A stretch of DNA of 64,000 nt. Source: Lama guanicoe (taxonomy: Eukaryota). The notes beneath the pieces were generated by a model, which saw only the letters and a list, made by a program, of their open reading frames with translations, had not been told where the DNA came from and did not search any database. Within the stretch, counting starts at the first letter, position 1. Each line of letters starts with the position of its first letter. The stretch covers positions 1,525,168 through 1,589,167 of the forward strand of contig MU053482.1 in NCBI GenBank assembly GCA_013239625.1, read 5' to 3'. Positions 52,298 to 64,000 of this stretch are shown piece after piece. The position numbers were made by a program, and so were the translations under genes.

Positions 52298-55200
52298 CAA
52301 GAGGAAGACTTTTTTAACATCCTTACCAATGAGGCTAACATCTTTAATGCAGGAAGACATATGAAGGCAACAACCCAGCCTGGCCAGTGAAAGAAATACA
52401 TGTGGGAAGTCGGAGTACTGGGAAGATGGTAGTAGCTAGAGTTACTGATGCTTCATGTCAGGCAAGGGACCATTACTATATTGAGACAAAGAAAATGATC
52501 AGGTACCAACACTTAGATGAGAAATTATGTTTTCAATAAAAGGCCATACCCATTTCTTCCAATTTTTTCAAACTATTTCCATATCAGTTTCATTTAGAAA
52601 GAGAAAATAAAAACAGTAAATAGATATCACATGTTTTAGTACAATCGTCTCAGCAAATGCATTATAATCATATTTTTAAAGGGCTGTTTGGTCTAAGACT
52701 TCATCAGTTCTTCAGTTCTTTTTAGAGAAAACTGGAGAAGATATGTCACAGGACCTCTCCATAATGCCTCCCCAGCACTGAATTTGTCTGCTTCGTTCAG
52801 TGTGCTTCTTTGATTTCCTATAAAGCAAAGCAGAAAATTGAGAATATTGTATTCACAGATTGTGAAGGATATAAGTCCATATTTTTCTAAATTTCCCAAA
52901 GACCTAAAAAGCAAACAGAGGGGGAAAGGATCTGAATTAGCTCAATTTTGAGCTTATATTTTCTATGTCCTTTTCCACTGGGGCTCCTTAGTCTTATAAA
53001 TTTATGTCTCTGATTTGGGCTATTTAAGAAAATTCTTCAATCAATTATTTACCTTTTAAAAAATCTGTTGCACAATGTACACACATATAGTATTAAAATG
53101 ACAGTATTTAAGCCATAAGAGAAACCAGCATGATTATGCATCTTTGTTCACTTATAAAGTGAGGCTGTTTCAATCAATACTCATAACAACTATACTAATT
53201 TTTGACCCAAAATAAACACTGTCTTCTGAATAAGTAAATGTTACCAAAATAATGAAAATTTTACCTTTATCAGATTTTAAAAGTCCAACATTTCATTCAA
53301 AGTGAAAATAAAACTGCTCTCACATATAAATAAAATAAAAGTCCATTTTCCTCATAGTAATCCTAAAAATGAATGTTATTTGCCAGCCTTCACTACACAA
53401 TTTTCATTAACACATGTAGTATGTAGCTGAAATTTATGACAAATGTATGTATAAATTTATATTCATTTGCACATAAAATGCTGACTGCTTCAATGAGCTA
53501 AAATTTAAATTTCTTATTTCTTCTCATTTAATATTTTATTGATTTCCCATGCTTAGGAAGATGCCAAAAATTTTTTTTTATTATGTTGATCATGGGAAAG
53601 GAAACCAAGAGGGCAATTACTATATTCATTTCCTTTTGTATTATTTGATGTGTGTAAATATTTCAGAAACCTCAGAATTTTTAAATCTCTAACGTGCACC
53701 CAGATTTTCAACTCTGTCCTGGATGTATATAATTCTAGCATTCTTTGGAGAACAGGGTGGAATCACAAAATGTTAATTCAATGCTTAATTCAGAGTGGCT
53801 GCCGCCTGCTATTAAGTGGTGTACCCACCAGAGAGACAGGGAGTCACTGATGTCAGAACTTGGAAAGTTTAGGCTCCTGGGAAGGTGACAGATTTAGTCT
53901 ATGCTTCCAAACTCTTCTTTTTTTTTTTTCCTGTAAAAATACAAACATTTAACAAATAACTAGAACTTCCATTTTTGGTAAAGTAGGGCAGATTGAAGAG
54001 GGGAAAGATCAGCTATTTTACAAAATCAAATAATTATCTCAATGCCATGGCAACAGCTTGACTGTCCTAACACAGACAGTTTCCAGAAGGTTTTATTCTG
54101 TAGTCTGAAAGAAAAGGTTTTATTCCTACAAGCTTATTTTCTTGGGTTTGGTGTGTTGACCACTCTGGTACCGGGACACCTACCACCCTGCAGCTTCTGC
54201 CCCTCCTTACAGGCAATCTCATTTGCCAACCACACCAGATGTGGTGTAAGGATGCAGGATAGGACGGGGAGCCAGCCAGGTGCACTCTCCGGCCCACCCC
54301 TGGCTTACCTTCATATGGGGATGCTACGGCGTCTGCATGCTTCTCATACTTGAGCAAGAGTAGGGAGAGCTCCTGCCATCTCTGGGTTTCTCACAGAAGG
54401 TTTTTATTGCACTTCCATTGCCTTTCCTCTGAGAAAGAACCATCTTTAACTCTTCCTTATCCCTACCATCCCGTTTCACGTGAAAGCTAACATCAGCAAT
54501 AGTATGCTTCCTTATCTCCTCATTTGCCTTAGGAAAACTAGCAAGTAGCTTTTCTTGGAGATCTTTCAGATGCAGAGCTTAAATTAATGTTAATTATAAA
54601 AGAGTAGTAAATTGAAAGGAAATTCTAATTAATGTTATTTATATTGGGGGATCACTTTTATAAAGAAATGTTAAAAATATCTTTCACAAATACTGGGGTG
54701 TCTTTCCTTCTTATATTTAACATGAATCACAGGTCCTATGGTGTCCACAGGTGCAAAATAACAACTCTGTCGCTGAGTTCTCTGCTCTATTTTAATTTCA
54801 TTAAATTTAATAGATTAATTAGGTGTTAAAAGACTTCTAACGTTTCTCTCTCAGCCTATTCACATTTCTCTGTACATCAGATTGTTAACTTATCAAAAGA
54901 AGTGCATGTGTAAAGTGAAGGTTTACTAAACCTGCAACTGGCTTCTGATAATGTCTATAAATCCACATTTGGGAACCATGGAATAGATGCCTGCATGCCA
55001 AGCAATCAAAATAAATTATGCTGGGCCTAGAAAGAAAAAAAAAATATATGATCTGGGAGGTAAAGGTGAAGATTTTGCTTACAATTAAAAAAAAAAAAGC
55101 ATGACCTCAAAAACAGGCCTTCGAAGCCTGTAGCAGGGCTGGCGGTGTAGCAAGGAGACCAGCCAGGACACTCGAGGTCTTGAGTCCTAAGTCTGCTCTG

Positions 55201-56619
55201 AACCTCCCTATCAGTCAAATGGCTTGATCTGCACGAGCCTTCACTTTTTCATCTAGAAAATGAAAATAACATCTTGCAGGGTTACTATAAGGGTATACGC
55301 AAGTGCGTTTTAAACATTTTAAAGTATAAATCTCTTATTTCCAATAAGACTACCACTTCCAATGAGTGTTCAATTTACAGAATCTTTGATTTGAAGCAAG
55401 TATTTGGAAAATTATTGCCTAAAAACTGTTTATACACACTATGGAAGCTCACAAATGTCTCCAATAATGGATTTTCTTCATTTCATCTGCCTGATTGGAA
55501 AACTTAGTACGGCCCGTTTCCAATTCCAGGACGCTCCGGTCCCAAAGGCTGTTTGCAAATCAGTGATCTGGAACATTGCATGTGATCTGCTCAACTCAGA
55601 CCATGAAAGTCTTCTTAACTCATCATATCTCTGCTGACACGACTCTGACCCTGAACCACACAGCTCACTTATTCCCGTAGAACAAAGCTCTGATGTTCCA
55701 AATTAGTTCACAAGGAACTCCTCTACTCCTTACAGCTACAGTCATGGAAGGCAGCATTCACATCCCCAAGACCATGATGGCTCTGAACTTCTGCTGGCCT
55801 CACCCCAGCCTATGAAAGAGCAATTAAGAGTGAGCTGTGGAATGGAGGCCAGGGTGTGTGGTGGGGCTATGGTCGGGGGCATCTGACTCTCTCCTGCACC
55901 TTTTCCTTGGCCAATGTTTGGACTTGCACGAAGCCTGGAAGAAGCGGAGAGGATATAGCACGAGAGTGTAGGTCCTGTGGAAGCCTCTTCCCCAAACTTC
56001 TTCCCCCTCCAGGGCTCTCTGCCTGCTGCGGGTGGTGCTCTTTAGATGGGAAGTAGAAGGAGGGTGATCAGGGACCTGAGATGTGCGATCTGGGCAGGAG
56101 GGGAGGAAACAGGGCAGGGGAGGGGTCCAGGGAGAAGCTGCTGAATCATTTCTCAGATTCCACGGAGGTGCGGGCTATTGCTTTATTTCCTTAAAGAAGA
56201 GAGTAAAATCTTTCAAGTGCTGATGAACCATCCAGGAAAATGCAGTGTTGCCTATTAAACACAGTAGATGCTTAATAAAAGTTAACTCAGTCTGGGTTTA
56301 ATCTATTCTTTCATGCTTGGTGTCTCCGTCTCTCTCTCACACGCAAACACACACACAAACACATATATCATCATCATTGTCGTTATCATCACATAGATGT
56401 CCTGCTGGGACCACAAGCTCAGAATCTTCATGATCAAATTCCTCATCTACTCCACAGCCAAATTCTGCTTCTCACAGTTTTGTACAAGGTAGTTTCCCTC
56501 AGTCACCTGAGGTTCAAAAACATTATATTCTCTTTTGCCCTCCCCTTATTATCCTCACTTTTCAAAGCGAAGACAAGATTTATCCATTATTTATCTATGC
56601 ATAGGAAATAGAAATATTT

Positions 56620-57530
56620 ATCTATGCCTGGGAATAGGAAAAGCTTTTCTAAGAAAAGAACTAAGGTCAGAAATTGTGAATAAAAAGTATGACAGTTTTG
56701 ATGAAATAAAAAATTTTAATTTTAAATTTCTATTATAATAATTAGTAAACACAGACAAATATCAAATGAGAAAATAGTCACAATATATATGACAGAATTA
56801 ACATAGACAAATAAGATAAATCAATAAAAGAGGACCTATGAGATATAAAAGACAACTCACAAATTAAAAATGTAAATAACCTAAAATACACAAAAGATGT
56901 TCAATCTCATTAGCAATCAAAGAAATACAAATTAACACAATAAAGAGATCATTTTTCACCTGTAAGACTGGGAAAGATATTAAAGGATATTAATAACCAA
57001 GTGATAGTGTAAGAAAAGAAGCAAACTCACAGGATGCTTTTGGGAGTTTAAACTGGTATAAAATTTCCAGAGGGCAATTTGATAATAGTCACCAAAAGCC
57101 TTAGAATTAAAACACCTTTTTGACCCAACAACTTCCTTTACAAGAATTTATGTGATGAAAATGCTCCAAGAAATGCATAAAGATTTATGCATTATGCAAT
57201 TATCTATAATAATGTTTATAATGGTAAAAACTCAATAGCAATACAAAGATACATCAATGAAGGATTCATTAAATAACTTAATGAATAGTGATACCATAAT
57301 ATATAATATACATAATAATGCATTGATGAAAATAATGTAAATATATTTTATTTTCATGAAACTGCTCATGATGTATATATAAAGGGCTTCAAATCATCCA
57401 TATAACATCATTTTATTTTTTTAAATTTTATATGTGAAATATATGTAAATATACACACAGACTGCTGAGTGTGGTAGGTATTGGTTATTTCTAGGTGATA
57501 GAACCCAGGTGCTTTTTACTGATTTCTTTA
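56620..57530 (+). mobile_element. Old L1 (L1ME-like) 3' portion
   Basis: aaagatgttcaatctcattagcaatcaaagaaatacaaattaa, aaactggtataaaatttccagagggcaatttg. Confidence 0.75.
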
Positions 57531-58429
57531 TTTAGAAATAAACAAACAAAAACATTTAAAAATCATTCCTATTCCAGATATAGTCTTAAACCCTCAGCCA
57601 AAATTATACCCTATATTTTTAAGTCCAAATTACCTTCCTAATACCCAGTGCCAAGCTTAGAGGCCGGGACCCAAGTTAAAAGGATGTTACCACAGCCTAG
57701 TTGTACAGTTACTGACTAAGGATAGTGGAAAGAGAGAAGAATGAGATGATGAAGGAATAAAGGATGATGCTGGAATTTCAGAACTGACTGGGAAACTGTT
57801 GGCCAAAAGGATAATGGGTTGAGGGGAAAGATGCTGGATCTTAAGACACCCAATGAACATAGAACATTTAGAACCTTGAACATAGCAGTGATTCAATGCT
57901 TTTTCAAATGGGTGAATGTGGTTCCGTGTGATGCTTTTCATAGTCAGTTGTATCAGTGATCTATCCAAAATATTTCCTGGAGATTCCAAGAAGACACTAA
58001 TAGGGCCAATTTGATGCAATAAAGGAAACATCAAAATAGGAATCAGGAGAACCGTTTAACCCACCAACTAGCTATGTGTCACCTCACATTTTCCTCTGCC
58101 TAGCAGTCCTCTGGTTCTGCATAGGGACTTAAAAGCCACCTTTTCAGAGAGATCTTGCCTGACTTCCAGGTCTCAAGGAAAAAAAGAGAAAACAGAAGCT
58201 GAGTCCTCCTGTTCTCACTTGTCTGGTGGTCAGAATTCAGCCGGTGGCTAGGAACTCACATGTCTCTACCTTTTTTGTCTGGACTTGCCACTGACATATT
58301 TAGGTTCCTCATCTTTGATTGGATTTAACTAACACAAAGAATACACCAAGAAGTCTGCTCAGACTATCCTGGGATCTCAGCCCAAAAGAGCTGGGCCACT
58401 ATCACAGGTCTTAATCTCTGTATTTAACA

Positions 58430-58600
58430 TGCATTGGGCTCTGCCTGCTTTCAGGCACTGCATACATGGGTGTATCTCACTTCATCATCACAGTAACAGA
58501 TGCTGCTATGATTAACTATGAAACAAATAAGTTAAGGAGATCTTAGAGAAATTAAATGACACATCCTAGCTCACACAGTGGGCCAAGTTGGAGGTCAGAT
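58430..58600. mobile_element. MIR-like element inside the NACHT relic exon
   Basis: caggcactg...atctcacttcatcatcacagtaac...agagaaattaaatgac...tcacacag...agattcacac MIR core; diverged. Confidence 0.6.
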
Positions 58601-61600
58601 TCACACGTGGGGAAGAGATTAAAAGTGTCCCCATACGGCCCATAGGTCATCTGATGTTCTTACAGAGGTGCGGGCGCTGCTGCGAGAGCTCAGGCCCTCC
58701 TGAGAGGTTCTATAACTTTTTTCACTTAATGTTTTTAATTTCCTTTTAAGAAAAAAAAAAATAGAAACATAGTAACCCGGCTGACATATTATTGAAGCGG
58801 GGGCTGAATATAGCACAAAAGCCCTCTATTTCATGATGGGTGTCTTAGTGATGAGACTGGGTTCGGTCACCAGACGGCTTCTCAGGAGCACTGCAGTGGG
58901 GCTGTGACCTACTGTTCCTGTGCCCACCGAGACTGTACTGCTTCCCCTCTGTTCGCACCACAGGAAAGCCCAGAGCTGGTATAAGCTGGAGAGCCGGGAC
59001 AGGCTGGCCTGGATGGCAGACTGTTCTCAGGAGCTACCCCAGCACAGAAATGCTTTTCACACTCCATTCACCATCGGCGCGGGGAGCCTCGCTTGCTTTT
59101 GTCCTAAGTGTTCTCAGGTTCAAAAACACAGTAAGAAATTTAACAAATCACATCTCTAGGCTTCAAGAAGCCTTTACGTATTCTCTTCCAAAGAACGCAC
59201 ACTTGAGATGCCTTAGGACAAGAGGTGGCCCTCCTCCTGTGGGTCATACTGGTAAATCATTCACGTCAAACTCAATGTCTGAGCCCTACAATTCCTTTTA
59301 CTTCCATGTTCTCTGTTTTCTTAAGCTACAGGCTCAGATTACTGGTATGATTCAGAAAGAATTAGAGAGGACCCAATTTTTTTGACAATTTAAATTCTAT
59401 TTGACCTCTCAGTTTTGTAGTGAGAACCAATTTTTTGAGATGTGATATATGAGGACCTAGTAATTGCTAAAATTTGGGAATAAGAGTAACTGAAAAGAAG
59501 GGCACAGCCTCTAAAACCTTCCAAACCTTTGCTCGATTAGTAAAGGAGCAACAAATAATTCTCAAGACCCTGCAAAAAATATAACTAAGAAGAAACATTT
59601 TAATTAAGAGCCTTTAAAGCATTTAAAAATTAATGTTCCAAGTTCTGATATCTTAAAAAAAACTTTGCAGAATTAAAGCATAATACAATTAAAACATTGA
59701 TTTAAAAATGCTTATTTAAAATTCAAGTTGAACAAATCTGTCAGGTCTGACACCCGCCTTTTGATGAATTCAAATCTAACTTTTTAAACTTCCTTAAGCC
59801 AAATATAATGCCCGTGAGTTATCAATTTAAATAACTTTTCAAAAAATATCAGAGCCTTTGCAGCTAGAAGCCACTTACTTGCAATGTCCTTTCAGCCTTG
59901 AATGTCTTATCACCAGGTTCCTACTACAGTATAAATGGGGGTAGTTTGTCAAGTCTGAATTTTAAATAACTTGAGAAAATGGGTTCTTGCAACTTTCCCT
60001 CTGGGATTTAATACTAATCCTGCTATTGAGAAAATTACGAGGATGTTATTAGGAAAGTTAGAGCACTTGTACCCCCTTGAAAAACATGAGCATTGTGGTC
60101 ACAGCACAGACTAGGCATTCCAGCCTTTGTAAATTCTATGTCAGTTGTCTGTTATTTCTGCTTTCCATAGATGATTTTATTGGGGTACCTTTCTTAGTTA
60201 TAAAGGCAGTGATAGCCTAAAACTACAAACCCAGTAGAAATAATGCAAAAACAAAAAAAGTAGGCTAGACCCAACGAAAACTGCCCACTCTCTCCTCCGC
60301 AGGCTCCCTTCCACCACCTGTGATGTACCTGTTGTTCCCACTGGACTGTAAGCTCCTTGAGGACAGGGAATGCATCTTAATCATCTCTGGATGCTCAGCT
60401 TCTCTCATTTTCCTTTATGTCCCCTTCATCCTCCACTCCTATACTATGGTCCTGGTTTTTATTGGATAGTATACAAGATTCTTCATACTTCAGAACAATT
60501 TAAAAAGAGAATGTGTCAGCAAAAGAAGCAAGACAGTTGGCAAAACAACATACAGCAATGCCGTCTGAAACCAGTCTATGGGAGAGGGACCCTGTGGGTC
60601 CAACTCAAATATCTGGTCCTCCTGACTTGGAGAATGGATGCACCAGGACACCAGACATCATTTAATGCTCCATCAAGTTGGAACATCCCTACTCTGATTC
60701 CAGGCTCACTCACTGAACAGGGAAGGGAGGGTTTCCAAGTCACTCAAACTTAGACTTCCAATTTTTCTTATTATAATTGAGAAAAGTAGCATCTGACTGT
60801 ATCCATAAATCTCTCGTGAGCTTTGTTAGGGTGACTCAGAATCCCTGAATCAAATCAACTCTGGGACAAAGAGAGAGTGTCTATGCATGGATGATGGTGA
60901 ATTCACAAGATTGTAACATGGTTCCCTCTTGGATGACACATCTATCTCCACAGACACTCTCTTTTGCATTTCCTCAGGCTGGGTGCTGCGTGGATATGCT
61001 GAATTAGACATGACCCCTAACTGCAAGAGTCTCACAGCCTAGTAAGTGAAAAGAGTTTGGGGGTGAGGGGGGAGACTATGTGCTGTGTGCTATGATAGAA
61101 GATTGTATGGGCAGAGTAGGAGCAGAAGAAGGGAGCTGTCAGTCTACCTGGATGTAGTGGAGGAGCCACGTACATTTTGGGAGAAAGATGTGGTTCCATA
61201 AACATCCTCTAGGAATGGGACAACATTCATTAGAAGCAGATGGGAGGAGGCATTAATTAAAGAAAATGTAAGGAGCCACTGAAGACATCAGGGAACCTTG
61301 AGGTTGACTGACTTTAATGGTTAAATAATGTTTATACAATGCTGATTAATTGAAAGTAAGCATTTTAAATAACCTCAGAAAGCATTTTTATGGTTTATGT
61401 TTAGTAAATACATTATTGGAGTCTCCAGATGCCTTTAAATTTTGAGATGCCTCCTCTTTTAAGTGTAACTAGCAGGATAAGAATGTCGGATTCTTTCTTT
61501 AACACAACAAAGCCTCCCCTTGACTAGGAAGTTCAAAGCACTCTGTGAGGAATGCAGCCTGCAGCCTGCAGTCTGCAGCCGCCTGGCCAGAATGAGGGTC

Positions 61601-61609
61601 AGGATCACA

Positions 61610-61805
61610 TGGTCATTAAAGGCTTTAGAGTCAGGCAGCCTAGGTTCGAATCTTGGGTCCGCTACTCATGTCAACTCTCCTTTTCAACTTCATAAAACAG
61701 GATCAGTGACAGTACCGACTGTGTAGGTGTACTGAGGATTAAGTGAGATAATATGTGTAAAGCACTTCCGGCAGTGCCAGGCACGTGGTAAGCACTCAAA
61801 AAATG
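61610..61805. mobile_element. MIR
   Basis: ggctttagagtcaggcagcctaggttcgaatc...gaggattaagtgagataatatgtgtaaagcactt...cagtgccaggcacgtggtaagcactcaa. Confidence 0.85.
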
Positions 61806-63339
61806 CCCGCTCTTCACGTAAGTGTGGCCACTGGCCTCTGCATTCTTGCAGATTACTGAACAAGGGATCAAGCAATTTAGTGCATGGGCTTCTTTTTTTT
61901 CTCAGCCCCTGGGGCTCTTCACAGTCAGAAAATGAAATGAAGAGGGGGAAATGGTATAAAAAGAAAAGATAGGGTGCAAGTGAAAACAGAACAGAAAAAA
62001 TCAAACAAATAAAGAAAAAGGAATAGAAGAGACAGAGGGGAAAACGAAGACAGAGAGTAAAGAGGAGAAGTGACTCTGAGTGGGACTAAAGGTGACAGAA
62101 AAAGATTTGTGTGGTGACTGAGGCTAACGAAATGCCCCTATTCTGAATTCTTTTCTTCTCTGTATTTCTCACAGTTTTATTTCATACTGGAATAGTTAAT
62201 CATGCTCATTAGAAAATACTTGAAGATAATCAGAAAATATTTTACATGGTATAAATGATCTGTAATATCATCAGTCCAGGAGAATCCATTGTAACTAACG
62301 TTGAATCATTCTTTCTGTTTTTTCTACAGTGTGTATATAAATAAATTTATAATACATATAAATAAAATTAAATTTATGTTTCTGGTACAACATTAGATAA
62401 AATCAGCTAAAAGGAATCTCATCAAATGAAGAGAGCATGTTTGGAGTGGTCTAATTTAAAATATGAACTGTGTGGGTCACATGAAATTCACTTTTGAGTG
62501 AGTGACTCACAAAAAAATAATAATCTTGAAAACATAACCAACCATTCTCTCTGGCATCTGCAGATACTGACGTGAAGTGGAGCAGGTTTGTCTAAGTCCA
62601 AGGCTTTGTGATGTGCTCCAAGCTTAGTGCAGCACAAATTTATTCATTTGTTTTATTTAGTATAGTTCTCTACTTTTGAGTTTATTGAGAAATTCAGGAA
62701 GAGATAGCAGTGGTACAGTCCTGAGGGGAGGGCCTAATTTAACCAGAGGAAGTGACTGGCACCTCTAAGGACAGACTGGGTGACATATAAGTTTATTTAC
62801 TTTTTTACATCCTGCTATGTTACTTTACATTATCCTGTGAGCATTCACGAAATCATGAAAAAATTCTATATGACTGTATAATCTATTCATTATGAAGATT
62901 TTTTGATTTTCATATAGCCAATTATTGCAGTTCACTTGATTCGTTTCCATCTTTTCCACTGTAATTGGTAACACTTTAGGATGTTGTTTTAGATCCTCAT
63001 CTATATTTCTGATCATTATCCTTAGTTTGGGTTCCTAAAAATAAAATTCCTAGGTCAAAAAGTACAGCTGTTCTGTAAGGCTCTTTCATACATCCTGACA
63101 TCGTTTTCCAAAACTGTATAACAATTTATATTTTGAACCATATAAAGTCTAGGAGTAATTCGCAGGTCTCCAGAATTGTCATTTGCCTTAATTACGACTC
63201 CATTTGATAGGTAAAAAATGTTTATGTATTTATTTATTTATTTTTTACTGTGTGAAACGTTGTGGTTAGTAAGACCGAACATTTCCTGAACTTTGGGAAG
63301 CCATTTGTATAGTTATACCTACGTGTATCCTGTTTCGCA

Positions 63340-63775
63340 GTTTCAGTTTCTTGTGTAGCAATCAGGAAGGACACACAAGATAGTGGCTGAAGACAGCTTC
63401 ATGAAGGAAGCTTTTACAACAGAGGTGTGAGCAGCATTAAGGGAAAGCAGCAAGAGATGGGGGAGCACATGGGGCTAATATCGCTGGGAATCCACTCCCA
63501 CCCCTATGCCTGAGAGACATGGGGGTGGGGGCAGGGAACCAGAATCCAGAAAAATCAGTAGCTTTTTGGAAAGGGACCCCCATCAGAAGCTCTGGTTTTG
63601 GAAGAAGAACACAACCACTGCAAAATGTGTAATCCTGAAGGGAGGGAACCAGAGGAATAAATATCCTGGCTCCTCTTTCCTCCCACACCCCCTAACTGCC
63701 TGCCACATCTCCTACTGGCTGAACCCAATTGGAGTACAGAGGTCAAGGGAGCCTGGTTGACACAGTCCGTAAGGT
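63340..63775. mobile_element. Old ERVL-class LTR
   Basis: cagaggtgtgagcagcattaagggaa...ggctgaacccaattgga...aagggagcctggttgacacagtcc; similar to 1927-2385. Confidence 0.5.
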
Positions 63776-64000
63776 TTAGCCTGTAACCTTAAGAAAATGT
63801 CACACAGCTGAAGGAACAAATTCTTCCAGTTAAAAATTCCATTGAATGATAAGCGTGATGAATGTAACAGAGGCTCAAATCCAGATCTCATTGAAGGAGA
63901 AGGATACGGTACATGGAGATATTGGTTCCTTATACACATCAATCCAAATATAAGTTAAAAATTTTAAGAATTTAACTCATTCAAAAACTTAACAAACCTT

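Larger units (their letters stand above)
51719..61020 (-). pseudogene. Decayed multi-exon NLRP-family gene (PYD-NACHT-LRR)
   Basis: Minus-strand relic exons in the expected order and phases: PYD 61020-60714; NACHT ~59341-57700; LRR 54428-54184, 53742-~53565, 52903-52703, 52379-~52110, 51855-51719; many stops and frameshifts; by-eye alignment only. Confidence 0.7.

Noticed and set aside
54309..54428. 120-nt cassette exon ending AAG|GTAAGC as part of a live gene
   Set aside because: Stops occur in all three frames; better explained as part of the NLRP relic or a non-coding exon.
1..64000. CRISPR arrays, rRNA, operon-type systems
   Set aside because: Mammalian DNA; no regularly spaced repeat-spacer array or rRNA-like sequence was seen.

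Overview
Mammalian genomic DNA, probably camelid (inferred from Vic-1-like tRNA-derived SINEs). It is AT-rich and repeat-rich (L1, L2, MIR, MaLR/ERVL LTRs, one young solo LTR) and holds an olfactory receptor (OR) cluster. Four ORs are intact and single-coding-exon: OR10AB1-like (+, 12212-13177), OR5P2-like (-, 20840-21769), OR5P3-like (-, 27531-28469) and OR5E1-like (+, 49212-50147). There are also two OR relics. From memory, this gene order matches human 11p15.4 next to OR10A/NLRP10. The most notable signal is a heavily decayed multi-exon NLRP-type gene (PYD-NACHT-LRR) on the minus strand at about 51.7-61.0 kb. It is recognisable from motif order and exon phases, and a MIR-like element sits inside its NACHT exon. 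Other observations: an L1 appears to supply the OR5P2-like stop codon; a solo LTR is positioned to splice into a decayed OR that keeps a 199-codon ORF; several homeodomain/O-E promoter modules are visible; and a 444-bp insert is flanked by a 66-bp duplication. All family calls are by eye and from memory; no searches were run.
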